A stretch of 63,999 nt of DNA, the filler included, from Octopus bimaculoides (Eukaryota): assembly GCF_001194135.2 (NCBI RefSeq). It is 6 parts of 6 records of this genome, joined end to end, with 100 filler letters (N's around TTAATTAATTAA, not from the genome) between each part and the next. Parts side by side here need not be neighbours in the genome. Positions count along the whole stretch, not along the records: positions 1 to 11,604 come from NC_068997.1; positions 11,705 to 42,714 come from NC_068982.1; 4 more parts are not named here. One strand, written 5' to 3'. Position numbers and translations under genes: made by a program. The notes below the pieces were generated by a model. That model made no database searches. It saw only the letters and a list, made by a program, of their open reading frames with translations, and was not told the DNA's origin. Numbering within the stretch: the stretch's first letter is position 1; each line of letters starts with the position of its first letter. This document shows positions 1 to 13,120 of this stretch, one piece after another.

Positions 1-1312
1 GGCCCCTCTGGGGTTGTCTTCTTCGTAACTACTACTACTATTACTGCCGTTATTGCTACTCCCATTCATCCTGTTATTCCTACCACTACTATTGTTACTG
101 TCACTACCACCACCACCACCACCACCACCATCGCTATTGTTACCACCCCATCTAGTGCTTTCTGTTTTAGGTCTACTGACTCCCTGTCCAAGAATTCTGT
201 TGCATTCAACTTTATTCTCCCTCTTGACCCCCATGGCCTTACCTTTGTCTGTGTTCTTGTGCCTATGGTTATCTGTGTCTGTGTGTCCGTTCTCCCTGTT
301 GTTGTTGTTGTTGTTGTATTCGATTTTTCTCTGTTATTGTTTTTGTTTCTATTGCTTGTCCTCATGTGTTCGTTTTTGCTGTTGTTGTTGCTGTTGGTGT
401 TCATGGGGTTGCAGTTGTTTTTGTTGTAAGCCCTGCTGCTCAATACTATCTGCAGAAGAAAGAAAAATGAATCCCCACTTCCATATTATTTGTTGGCGAT
501 TTAAACCTGTTGTCAAGTAATATCCACGACCACAACAGACAGTCAAAAGTAGTCACATTCTCGTGAGACATAGAAATACAGTATACTCAAAAGTGAAAGA
601 AATAACATCATGAGATTAGTTGAATTTATGAGCAGGTATTCTGACTATTCAGCACTTCCATGTGAATCAAATGAGGCTGAAATGGAAACTTGAAAAAGAA
701 ATATTATTTATACCAGCATAAAGTTATTCACGGGCATATATCTCAAAACACCAACAAAATTGAGAAGAATATTAATCCCTCCTGGACATGTCAGAGGTAC
801 ATCACATCTCACCTAGAATGTTAATAATCTGCTATCGAAGAACAAGAGAAAGCTATTAAATCCAGCCTTAGTAGGCGAGATAATGAAGATTAGCTAATGT
901 ATCATATAAACTATTATCGAAATTTAAAAACCTTAAAAATGTTTTTTGAAACAAAGAATAAGAACATATTAAGAATTTACAAACTTCGAGAAAATGTGAA
1001 ATAACTCATTTTGGAGCGGTTGATCTTGTAGCAGATAAAGCTTTAAACAACAGTGTGTAAATATTAGATAAAAATCTTGGATAGAAAAACCGAAGGCTGT
1101 CCGTAAACACATCTGTAAACATTACGGATTTCTGTGGCTTATTAATAGAATGCCTGTCGTATTTACATGAGATGTGGATTCTAATTTCCCAGAAAGCATT
1201 CAACTTGCTTTTATCTAAGGGGATTTTGAACCAATATATATGGTAATGTTTATAGCTTTGTCTGCTTCAAGATCCAACATACCCCTCCAATAAATATTCT
1301 TAAAGCTTATAG

Positions 1313-1530
1313 ATTCAAATTGTTGGTGCTCTTATAGCAGGCGCTAGCGTAACGAAGACAGCCGAAATGTTTGGTGTATCAAGAAGTACTGTCTCAAAAG
1401 TAATGTCAACCTTTGAGAAAGAGGGGAAAACCTCCTCATCGAAAATCAAAAACTTTCAGATGGGGACCGTCGGACTCTTACGCGAATTGTTAGAAAGGAT
1501 CACAAAAGTACACCTAAAAGTGCACCTAAA
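1313..1530 (+). mobile_element. Tc1-family transposase N-terminal (HTH) fragment, decayed
   Basis: Translates to QIVGALIAGASVTKTAEMFGVSRSTVSKVMSTFEKEGKTSSSK and, after a frameshift, KLSDGDRRTLTRIVRKDHKS. This is a typical Tc1 paired-like DNA-binding region. Confidence 0.85.
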
Positions 1531-1585
1531 AGTATATACATATATGTATGTCTGCATATGTATATAAATGTAGTAAGAAAAAGCA

Positions 1586-1621
<36 letters not shown>

Positions 1622-3148
1622 GGAGAAAGAGAGAGGGGGAGGGAGGGGAGAGAGAGAGGGAGAGAGATGGAGGGAGTAATCTGGTGAATGTATGTGAGTA
1701 AGCTTCCATAATATAAAATCTACACGGTGAGTAAAATTTTTTTTCGATTTGTTTTTTACATTCTGTCTGTAAACTATGAAATTAGCGAAAATATATTTAC
1801 CCCAATAATGTGTATATTAATAATGTGTAGACACTCTATTCATATGAATGCGTACTATTTAGATTCTATTAAATTTTTAGTCTTTCACACACACACATCA
1901 GCTTATATCTTTCGTCTCACACATGTAGATACACAATTACTCTGTCTCACACAATTACTCTGTCATTTCCCCCTCCTTTAACTCATTGCATCCTATCAAG
2001 AGCTCATTCAACACCAATTCCGTTACTTATCTCTCTCTCCCCCTCTCCCCCCTCTCTCTCTCTCTGTATCTTTTATTCTTTCTCCCCCTCTCCCTATAAA
2101 GTGTAAAGCGTGACTAACGAAATAGTTTTGTTAACCAACTCACACACACACACACACATTCACACATGCGATTGAGTGGGCAAACCAAGGAAAGTGGCTC
2201 TGAAAACATTTGGTAGGAGTTATATGTTTTAATAACAGTTAAACTCAGCTCCACATGACTCCAGGTTTTGTGGGCGCGTAGGACGCCTCCGTCTTATTAA
2301 AAACTAGTAATTTTATCCTGATTTCTGAAAAGATGAATACGTCCATAAGATAAAACTAAGTTACATAAAACTGAATAAAATTGTTATTAATATACCCCAC
2401 CCTTATAGAGATAGATAGACAGATAGATAAATTGATAGATAGATGGATATATATAATGTTACTATGAACAAGCTAATTACGGAGGTCACCTTGTTTTCAT
2501 ATTTCTTACGGCATGTCCATATTCACAATACTTGTTAGCAGTTAATAAAGTTGAATACAAGTAGAAAAGTCCCCTTCAGTCCTGTATCTAACAAAGATAC
2601 AACGTTTTCTTTGTAATTTCCCTGAGATATTCACTTTCTAGAAAATAAACAAAATACTAGATGAAAATTTTGGAGAGAAGTTAAAACTTTATGATTAAAA
2701 TGCTGAGAAATGCTTATTTGAGATAAAAGAAACAAATTGATCGGGTAGTCGGAGGTAGGAATATATTTCGAGTAGCTTCGAATAAAACAATTATCGTAAA
2801 GAAATGACTGAAATACCACAACGATAATTTTCGTTGAATCCATTGTATGAAAGGCAAAACAATGATCTCTGTTTCAATGAACGAAATTAAAAAAGGAAGA
2901 AAAAAAAAAAAGGAAAAATTAGCCTGCGGTAAGTTGAATTTTTTTTATTCAATATAATAATATATGGAAATTTATTAAAAACCGTTGCATTTAAAATTAT
3001 TTGTTTTCTACAATCGCAGATGAAATCTTTCAGACATATCAAAATTGTTTATCCATACACAAATATAGAAGGCAAGTACACATTACATTCATAGATATTA
3101 TTACTTAATTATATACATACACATAATACTATATATATATATGTATAC

Positions 3149-3208
<60 letters not shown>

Positions 3209-3676
3209 GTATGTATATATACATACAAACCCACACATATATATATTACATAATATATGTATAGAATATGTGTGTGTATTTATATAGAATATCCATGTGT
3301 ATATGTATGTAGATATATATATACTCACAAATATACGCTATACGCACACATAGTGTGCATATATAAATATGTATGTATATATATATATCCGTATACATGT
3401 ATATATGTAATACATATGTATTACACATATATATATATATATATATATATATGAGTGTATGTATATATATATATATATATATATGCATACACACACAGAA
3501 ACACACACTCACAACCATACACTTATGAAAAGATAGCATGTGAGACAGGAAAAATGAAATACAAATATTATAAGAGTATATACGTTCCTCACAAATAAAA
3601 TAAGCACACAAACGCATGCGTGTGTATACATAGATAAATACGTGCACAAACACACGTACATATATATATATGTGTG

Positions 3677-3711
<35 letters not shown>

Positions 3712-4699
3712 GAATACTTACATATACACATACATACACATATATATACATACATACGCACACATAGACATATATACAAAAGAAGTACATACATATGCAT
3801 ATATAAATATATGTATGCATGCATGTATGTATGTATATATATATATATATATATATGCATATTTATAATTTCATTAGATGTAATTTAGTTTTATGAAAAC
3901 ACGAGTGTATATAATATTTTCAGTGATATATAATGAATTATGAATTCTAATGTTTGGTTGCAGTTATCAACATGACAATATGTCTGCATATTATCATTTA
4001 ATGCAGGAAATATTTTACATAATCATCTAAGGAGACTTCACCTCTGAAAGCTGAGTCTATTGAAACAATGAAACAACTACAGAAACAAACAAACAAACAG
4101 ACAATTTTTCAGTTTTCCTAGTTTCTCCGTTTGTATAAAATAATTATATATGTTCTCATAAATATTGATACATTAGAATCATTTCAAAAGCACAACCAAT
4201 TTCGTTCTAATAACTTTAGTCTGAAACTTTCGCTTCAGTTTTGAAAAACTCCAGATTATTCTTTTAAAGTATAAACTACTTGATCATCGTTGGCTATGTT
4301 ATTGGTGCTAATATTATTTAGCCTACGATTACCCACGAAAGAAAGGTTTTGGATCAGGCCATCTCTTTATTTTATGAGGTGTTGAGAATTTAGACCTTAA
4401 TTATATTGTGTCCTCTACTTTTTTAAGACAATGGGACACTATTATGAAGAAATAAGAAATTTGAAGCACATCTAACAACAAAGATGGGGCTTTTTCATAT
4501 TGCAATTAGTAGACAATAGCTTTATTAGTTACACATTTCCAACAAGCCATGTATTTATAATATAACAATAAATGCAAACACACACACGTTGTTGTTACTT
4601 ACAACCTTATGAGTAGCATCTTTGAATCAGCATTGCCATCTCTGATGCATCTTTAGAACAATTTGACCACTTTCTCTATATTTTCCAACAAATTTATTT

Positions 4700-7035
4700 C
4701 GGAAAAGGATTTGGGACACAGAATTGGATAATGCCATGCAGCATTTTGAAAACTGGCAACGCACATGTTTCAAAATAACAGTATAATCCCCAAAATGAAA
4801 CTGGTGCTCATTTTGACATTGTTATCAGGTATAAAGCATAGACACTTTATCGTCCGGAAATGAATAAAACTGGAGCATTTCCGTCATCAACAAATCCGTA
4901 CTATTCTTAAACAATCGTGATAGGATCCATTACAACCGTTGGAAAAAAAACATCAACTAAATAACGAAATCAAAGAGAGGTTATCTTCATTACTTAGGAA
5001 AATAACTAGAGATGATGATAGAAAAAGAATCCAACAAGATCTAGAAAAGTCGTACATGAAAGAATTTGAAATGGTGAAGACATGTCATATTAAGAAGTTT
5101 ATGAAACTTAAAGGTCAGAGAATGTAGACTGAAGTCCGTCACCCAACTGTGAAAGCAGTAATTAATGTAAGTAGCCGACATCTAGAAAGCTCTGAAGAAG
5201 CAGTACTGAACAAAGGTCTCAACCTTGCGCCAACCATGAAGCGCATTCCATACTTGGACATAATAACCCCTATTGAAGAGATAGCCATAAAGATGGGAAA
5301 TGAAGTAAGGTGGAAAGTGAGACAGGTACTAGAAAAGCATAACTTCCTAAACCAAACATCACTAAGGAAGAAAAGTTCACTATAAAAAAACTACAGAGTG
5401 ACAATTCCATCATAATACTTCTGGCAGATAAGGGAAATGCTACAGTGGTGATAAACAAGTCTAACTACTCTGAAAAATTGGCAAGTCTTATAAATGATGG
5501 AAGCTGCAGCAAAGTAGAAAAAGACCCAACTTTGAAAACAGAGAGGAAGTTGTCACAGATCTTGATCAAGAACAAGGATCACTTTACACCAATGAAGTAC
5601 AGACAACTGACTCAACACAACTGTAAACTACCACACATGTACGGTCTCCCTAAAATTCACAAGGATGGTATTCCATTGAGACCTATAGTGAGCTGTAGAG
5701 GTTCGGCATGTCATCCACTGAGCCACTTCCTTGTGGATATAATCAGTCCATTAGCAGGAAATTCAACATCGTACGTGGAGAATTCCACCCACTTCACAGA
5801 ATTGATCAACGATACCCCCATTGAATCCAGCCAAATGGTGAGTCTAGATGTGATAAGTCTGTTCACCAAAGTCCCAACTGGTGAAGCACTATCAGTGATT
5901 CAAGAAAAACTAGTGACAGACACCCATCTAAAAGAACGCACTGGTATACCAATAACAAACTTGATGGAAATGTTGACTTTCTGTGTAGAAACTACCTACT
6001 TCAGTATGGACACTGATATATATCGACAAGAAGATGGTTTAGCTATGGGTTCGCCATTATCACCGATAATAGCCAATATATACATGGAATACTTTGAGAA
6101 TTTGGCTTTAGGATCAACACCACTAAAACCAACCCTATGGCTGCGATATATTGATGACACCTTTATACTCCGACCCCCACCAGGAAGATGTCCAAGTGCT
6201 GTTAGATCATGTGAACTCAATAAAGCCATCCATACAGTTCACAATGGAAAAGGAAAAAGACAATCATCTAGAATTCCTGGACGTATTAATAACACGCACA
6301 AAGTATGGATTCAGGACATCCGTATACCGCAAGCCGACCTTCACTAGACGATTACCTTAACTTCAATTCCCACCATCCATACAGTGTAAAGAGAGGGATT
6401 GCTCAGTGCCGAAACATCGAGCAAAGAATATAAGCAGTGATCGTGATACCCACTTCGAAGAAATAATAAAGTTTAATAGCAATCTATTAAGCAACAACTA
6501 CCCCCAAAAACATACTATTCACTCCAATTAGGAAGAAAAGAGAGGATGAAACTAATAAACTGTCTATGTGAAAGGTCTCTCTGAAAAGTTGTAAAAGATA
6601 TGCGGCCCATATGACATCAGGACAGTATTCAAGAGTAATACAACACTTCGAAAATATCTCCTTCAAGTAAAACCACCAATAGAAGAGAATATCACCAAAT
6701 ACTGCGTATACACCATCCCATGCGGCTGTGGTAGGTTATACAAAGGCGAAACATGTCACCCCCTCAAAATAATGGTAGAGGAACATCACAAAACTGTGAC
6801 ACGAGGAGATATTGATAAATCAGGTATAGCTGGTCATGTATGGAAAAAGGGAGACCACCTCCCCCTCTGGCATGAAGTTAAAATAATAGACAGAGAACAC
6901 CACTGGAAAATACGAAAACTAAAAGAAGCAGCACATATGCTAGGACACAACAACCTCATAAGCAGACTGAGTGCAGAAATGAGTAGCATATGGGAACCGG
7001 TATTAAAGAAGGATAGGAAAGCATTAGATTTATAA
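4700..7035 (+). mobile_element. Penelope-like element (Penelope/Poseidon type), RT + C-terminal GIY-YIG, multiple frameshifts and stops
   Basis: ORF 5445-6347 has YGLPKIHK, LRPIVS, SLDVISLFTKVP, QEDGLAMGSPLSPIIANIYM and WLRYIDDTF. A shifted frame continues FTMEKEKDNHLEFLDVLI. The region near 6700-7035 gives VYTIPCGCGRLYKGET...HVWKK...KIIDREHHWKIRKLKEA. The 5' boundary is approximate. Confidence 0.93.
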
Positions 7036-7064
7036 GCCCTAAAATTCACTCCATAATTGCTCTC

Positions 7065-7231
7065 GGGCATATGGCGTAGTGGTTAAGAGCGCGGGCTACT
7101 AATCCCAAGATTCCGAGTGTATATCAGCCGAAACGTTGTGTTAACAATAAACAAGATGATGACAGATATCCGTGAAATGTAAATAATGTAAATGATGTAC
7201 ATAATTCCTCATTTCTTAAATATAGAACTGT
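7065..7231 (+). repeat. PLE 3' terminal (pLTR-like) segment: tRNA-like 5' half joined to the 3' half of a hammerhead motif
   Basis: GGGCATATGGCGTAGTGGTTAAGAGCGCGGGCT (A-box-like) breaks off at ...TTCCGAGT and is followed by CAGCC-GAAAC-GTT-GTGTT. No CTGANGA is present. Confidence 0.55.
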
Positions 7232-7276
7232 CATAAGAATTGATAAATTTCGAAAAATGAATAGAGAAATTCGAAG

Positions 7277-7425
7277 GATTGGTTTGGTCCATTGGTAGAA
7301 TGCCTGTCATGTTTACATGAGATGTAGCTTTGAGTCCCATGGGCAGCCTTCGACTAGCTCTATCTTGGGAGGAATTAAACATAACGTAGTACGCAGGTAT
7401 TTATAGCTTTATATGCTTTGAGATG
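7277..7425 (+). mobile_element. Degenerate tRNA-derived SINE-like repeat (second copy at about 1140-1275)
   Basis: TGGTCCATTGGTAGAATGCC (A-box-like) ... GCTTTGAGTCCC (B-box-like). It shares AGAATGCCTGTCRTRTTTACATGAGATGT and TTTATAGCTTT with 1145-1262. Confidence 0.5.
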
Positions 7426-7535
7426 CAATAATTCAAAAAAGAATTGTTTCACGTTCTCTCGAAGTTTATAAATTCTTAAGACATCAAATACACACACACT
7501 CAAACACACACGCACTCAAACACACATACACATGT

Positions 7536-7575
<40 letters not shown>

Positions 7576-8205
7576 ACACACACACACACAGACATACATA
7601 TAACGACGTCCTTGTTATAATATTGATATACTGTTGTGTGGAAGAAGTAGGGAGTCTCCTAACGTACCGTTTCTCAGTTTGTTGATCAATCGTCAGAACA
7701 GGCATACCCTGCTTTAATCTCCAATCAATCGCATAAATGAGGTGTTTATACAGCAATCAGGAATTATGTAGGCACTGGAGTGGACAGCCTAATTGGTGTA
7801 TGTGTATTTTCAAAGTGCTCGTCATTAATTAAAAATTATCTACTTGCGTACGGTGTATAGTAAGTCAGAAACAGAAATAACTCAAAATATTAAAATGATT
7901 CATTGTGGATTCGTCTAATTCATGAATGATTTATAAGTAGCTGATGTTTGTTTTCGATTGCAGAAGTGGGGATTATCTTATCTAAAGAGGAGTCAACAAA
8001 ATGTGAATCGGTTGACCAGGAAAATCACTTCCTGTTTTTGTGCACAACAATAGTATATAGCGAATGTGATTACGTATCTATTTATACTTAATCCACGGGA
8101 GTTATTTTTTTTTATCTTATAAATATATTTCAATTCTTCTCATTTACTTTGTGTTGTGTATTGTCGAAGTCTGATTCTGATTCAATGGGAGTTTTCACTA
8201 TAAAT

Positions 8206-8283
<78 letters not shown>

Positions 8284-8917
8284 NNNNNNNNNNNNNNNNN
8301 NNNNNNNNNNNNNNNNNNNNNNNNNNNNNNNNNNNNNNNNNNNNNNNNNNNNNNNNNNNNNNNNNNNNNNNNNNNNNNNNNNNNNNNNNNNNNNNNNNNN
8401 NNNNNNNNNNNNNNNNNNNNNNNNNNNNNNNNNNNNNNNNNNNNNNNNNNNNNNNNNNNNNNNNNNNNNNNNNNNNNNNNNNNNNNNNNNNNNNNNNNNN
8501 NNNNNNNNNNNNNNNNNNNNNNNNNNNNNNNNNNNNNNNNNNNNNNNNNNNNNNNNNNNNNNNNNNNNNNNNNNNNNNNNNNNNNNNNNNNNNNNNNNNN
8601 NNNNNNNNNNNNNNNNNNNNNNNNNNNNNNNNNNNNNNNNNNNNNNNNTGTGTATATGTATATATGTATGTACGTATGTATATTTATGTTTGTATGTATC
8701 TATTTTCTCTTTCTCATTTTACTTTAGGATAAAGTTTGACCGGCAACCTGCTTGGTAGCAAGGTTGTGAAGGAAAGCCTCTTGGTGAAGACATATCTTCT
8801 CAAAATCCCAAGCTGAGAATGGTCCATAGATGTTCTCTTTGTTTTGTATTTTTTTTAGTACATTCGTGTTCAAAAAGTATGTACGTATGCATATATATGT
8901 ATATTTATACACACACG

Positions 8918-8967
<50 letters not shown>

Positions 8968-9299
8968 CATTCATTAATATTTAGTAGAAGTAACAGAGTG
9001 ACTCAAGGTTCGAGAGTCTCGTGCATTGGTACCTATGTATATATAAATTAACAGAATGAGATAAAAAATCCAAGGCTGTGAATAGTTTTCAGAACATTTA
9101 TAAAGAGAAGGTCTTACAGCTGTTTCCGGAATATTTTATATATCCCTTCACCAAAGACGGTGCGAGAAAATGTTTAGGTAATAGTTATTATAGAGAAGAT
9201 ATGAAATACAGAGTGAAGTGGAGGAATGAAAGCAGACGTGAGATACGTAAAGATAATGTATTTGCAGTCCCATTATTTAAGTAGAATGGTGTATATATA

Positions 9300-9515
9300 A
9301 GTTTCCTGTAGCTTGTGTGTACGTTACAGACCAAGCTTTCCCCATTGACTACATCAGCAGTGTGCTTTCGAGCAGCACGTTTAAGTTCTTCATACTGAAT
9401 ACGTGCTCTCTCAAAAGTGTCGACCCCCTCCTTAACCTGCTTCCTTCATCTCTGGCGATGACAGGCATTGCTCTCCCAGTCAGTCTCCTGTATATCACAG
9501 GCCTTTAATGAGGAT
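9300..9515 (-). mobile_element. RTE/BovB-type LINE 3' fragment
   Basis: The minus strand reads LKACDIQETDWESNACHRQR*RKQVKEGVDTFERARIQYEELKRAARK. It is clearly homologous at DNA level to 52545-52680. Confidence 0.75.
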
Positions 9516-9658
9516 TTGACACAATCTTTAAATCGCATACATACATACATACATACACTCACACCTATATATCTATATATATTCGCCATGATAGATCGCT
9601 AACCACTACACACATTTTTTTTTTCTGCTTGTTTCTCTCCTTGTTTCTTTCTGTATTC

Positions 9659-9694
9659 CTTTCTGAGGAAGAGCGTAGGCTCGAAACGTTAAAG
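9659..9694 (+). ncRNA. Minimal type I hammerhead ribozyme motif
   Basis: CTTT-CTGAGGA-A-GAGC(GTAG)GCTC-GAAAC-GTT-AAAG: 4-bp stem I, 4-bp stem II, palindromic AACGTT stem III, GUU cleavage triplet. Confidence 0.7.
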
Positions 9695-10231
9695 ACTTTT
9701 TCAATTCCCGAGCGTTATACTAATACATCTGTTTGATTTCTACACCGCCTGTCTTCGTCTGTTGTTTTATTGTGAATTCTCCCTATATATATATATATAT
9801 ATACATGTATGTATGTATGTATGTATGTATGTACATATTCGCCTACACACGACTGTGAACCTTCAACTGTGCTAGATATTTTATCTGTAATTGATTTGAC
9901 TTTTTCTAGATCTGTGTTCATCACCTGCCATTCCATTTTCAACCGTGACTTATTCTCCTAATAAAAATTCGTTCAGTCGATTTATCTTTCCGTGTTACTT
10001 CTGCACGTTTGGAAAGTCTCTTACGCACATCAAAACCCATGAGGCGGTGGATTACCTTTGTCGTTTCCTCGGTACGAAAGAAAGCAACCAACGGCCTGTA
10101 TTTATTTTCCTCTGTGAGGAGCCTATTGTCTCCATTCCCTTCACACATTGCAGGCACATTTCTGTTACCTTTGGAAAATAGGTTTCTATCATTTGCTATC
10201 TTGATAATGATAATAATTATTATACTAATAA

Positions 10232-10420
10232 GAATAGTGTACATTGCAATGCAGAGCAACAATAAAGTGTGCAAGAGCGAGTTGAAAAGCTAATGAATTA
10301 CACTGACTTCGCTATTGAATTGAAAACAATACAGAAGTTAAGAAACGTGAACATTTTCTCATTTATAATTGGTGCATCCGTAATGATGCACAAAACCACT
10401 CCTGTATAGATGTCAATAGG
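10232..10420 (+). mobile_element. R4/Dong-clade LINE, restriction-like endonuclease C-terminal fragment
   Basis: IVYIAMQSNN.. and ERVEKLMNYTDFAIELKTIQKLRNVNIFSFIIGA resemble the RLE tail (D-I-A...EK..KY.DL..E...IIGALG). Preceded by a degenerate (AAT)n tract. Confidence 0.6.
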
Positions 10421-11536
10421 TATCTTATTGGTTGGTAACAAAAATCGCCCTCACCTCACCACATCTTTACAATAAGAATACTAAGGCTTACAGATATTGT
10501 AAATACGTTTAGTTACGTGTTTTTATTTTGTTAGGTTCAAATGGGCCGAAGTCTACTTCGCAAATCTTTGTATGGCGGATAATACAAGCATCTATGATGA
10601 TGATGATAACGATGACGATGATGATGGCGATGACGAAGATGATGCTGATGATGTTAATGATTGCGACGATGTCAATAAGATTGATGTTTATAAAGAGGAT
10701 GGAAATGAGGACGATGATGAAGCGCATAATGACAATAAGAATGATGTTTATCACCACTACCATAGCCACCACCACCACAACAATTAACCATACCACAACC
10801 GCCATTGGTTCTACCTTTAAAGTTTTCATAATCATCGTCGTCGACGTCTTCGCCGTCGTAGCCGCCATCATCGTCATCATCGTCATCATCGTCATCTTCA
10901 TTTCAATATAAGTCTATTTAATAACATATTCTCTCATTATGTTATTGTTACTACTTAATGTCATGTGTATGTATTATATAAAAACAATACTAACTTCAAC
11001 TTTTTGTTATTCTTCTCCAAGCTGAAATTATTTTCCTTCTATTACATCACACAACTATAAAACAGCCTTCCTTTTAATTACCAGTATCACCTTTAATTAC
11101 ATCACATCACTGAATCTGATGAAATTCACTTATACTTATTAAGATCTCTTCAATAATTTCATATTGATCTTCAATTGCTATATTACGAAATCATTATCAA
11201 AATTCTTTACGCTAAGTTATAATTATTAACAATCGACACGGCATCTTTGTTTTCTCGAACCTTCTTGCTTCCACTCACTCCGTTATTAATTTTACTGACT
11301 GAGCCAACACTTTCTTCACACTTTCTCGAAGATTTTGCCTTGTTCCACATGAACATCGACTAGAGATGTTTCTTTGCGGAAAACAAAAACTGAATAAAAC
11401 AAAACAAAAAATATGAGAAATAAGACAAAAATTATTTAAATGAGGAAAGTAAGTGGCCAGAATGGATAAATCTAAATACAATTAACGCACAACACATACA
11501 TACGTACATGCATACATACATATATATATATATAGC

Positions 11537-11604
<68 letters not shown>

Positions 11605-11907
11605 NNNNNNNNNNNNNNNNNNNNNNNNNNNNNNNNNNNNNNNNNNNNTTAATTAATTAANNNNNNNNNNNNNNNNNNNNNNNNNNNNNNNNNNNNNNNN
11701 NNNNTTTAAAGCAAACACATAATTTTCTTATGGTTTCTTAAACATTCACTTGAACAAAACTGTACAAATCCAAATATATGGTACCCTAGGCATAACACCT
11801 ACATGAACTTCTAACTTGTCTCTTGAGGTCTCTGGGTGAGACTTGGATCCAACTTGTACAAATGCAAAACAAAAATCAAATATAAAATAATAATAATAAT
11901 AATAATA

Positions 11908-11943
<36 letters not shown>

Positions 11944-11944
<1 letters not shown>

Positions 11945-12095
11945 GAACAAGGACTGTTACAAAAGGTTTGGGTCCTTATGAAAGTATTAGGTAGCTGAAA
12001 AGAACGGATAGCATGGTACCGTAGGCTGCAGGTAGCAAACCCGCTACGCATGCAAGACTCCAGAAGTTCCAACAAAACCTGTGATAAAAAGAAAC
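11944..12095 (+). mobile_element. Short 5'-truncated R4/Dong LINE 3' end inserted in an (AAT)n array
   Basis: About 85-90% identical by eye to the 3' end of the 23814-25475 element (GCTGAAAAGAACG...GGCTGCAGGTAG...CGCTACGCATGCAAGACTCCAG...CCAACAAAACCTGTGATAAA). (AAT)n lies on both sides, at 11886-11943 and 12096-12125. Confidence 0.85.
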
Positions 12096-12131
12096 AATAA
12101 TAATAATAATAATGATAATAATAATTGTCTC

Positions 12132-12695
12132 ATTTTGGCACAAGGCCAGCAGTTTAAAAGGGAGAGGATTAGTCGATACCATCGAACCAAGTGCTTGATC
12201 GGTACTTTATTGTATCGACCCAGGAGGAATGAAAGGCAAAGCTGATCTCAGTGGGATTTTAATTCAGAATGTAAAGGGTGCAAAGCATTTTTCCCGACAC
12301 TCTAAAGTTTATGCCAACTCGATGTCTGTAATGTTTTCCGGTTTAGGCGCAAGGCCATTTTGAGGAGGATAATCGATAGCCTCGACCCCAGTACTTGACT
12401 GGCATTTGATTTTATCGACTCCGGAGAGATGAAAGGCAAAGTGGGATATGAAATGAAAGATGTAAAGAAGCAGAAGAAATACTGGTTTCAAAATTTGGTA
12501 CAAGGTCAACAAGTTTGGTGGAGGCGCTAAGTCGATTACATCGACCTCAGTGTTCAACTGGCACTTTTTTTTATCGCCCTCGAAAGGATGAAAGGCAAAG
12601 TCGACCTTGGTGGGATTTGAACGCAAAATGTAAAGACGGACGAAATACCAGAAAGCATTTTACCCGACTTCTTAACGATTCTGCCAGCTCGTCTC
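12132..12695 (-). mobile_element. Three degenerate tandem copies of tRNA-derived SINE family A
   Basis: Repeated TCGAC(C)CC...GGATGAAAGGCAAAGTCGA...GAACTCAGAA motif, the reverse complement of the family A head and core. Confidence 0.8.
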
Positions 12696-13120
12696 CTTGG
12701 GCAGAAGAAACATTGCAAAGCATTTTGTCTAATGCTCTAACGATTCTGTCTGCTTATAATAAGAACGTGATTAAGAAACCCTTGTACTGTCAGTGATAAT
12801 TACACATAATTCATTCAGATTCAGATCTTTGATTTCTTATATTTTATAATTCCTTATTTCTGCAGTAGACTTCAAATATCATTTAAGTATATAGACAACA
12901 ATTGCTATCTAAAAACAGCACCGCACATACTTTTGTGTAGAATATGTCTGAATATTCTAAGCATATCTTTTTTTAGCTTAGATTCTCCACATACTGCACA
13001 CTTCACTATTGATGGAATATTGTATACGTCTTTTTCGAAGTCTACTTCATAGTCAACACTTATATTTCTGTATAGTTTAAAAGCGCTTCACACTATGAAG
13101 CATTTAAAAAAATTTTGCAT

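Noticed and set aside
9860-10200. Minus-strand segment faintly resembling an R4/Dong thumb (STERIFIRR)
   Set aside because: Similarity is too degraded to assign by eye.
11649-11660. TTAATTAATTAA between two 44-N runs, repeated at 42759, 57168, 61215 and 62550
   Set aside because: The identical 44N+12+44N layout each time, with stops in all six frames, marks a synthetic scaffolding spacer, not biology.
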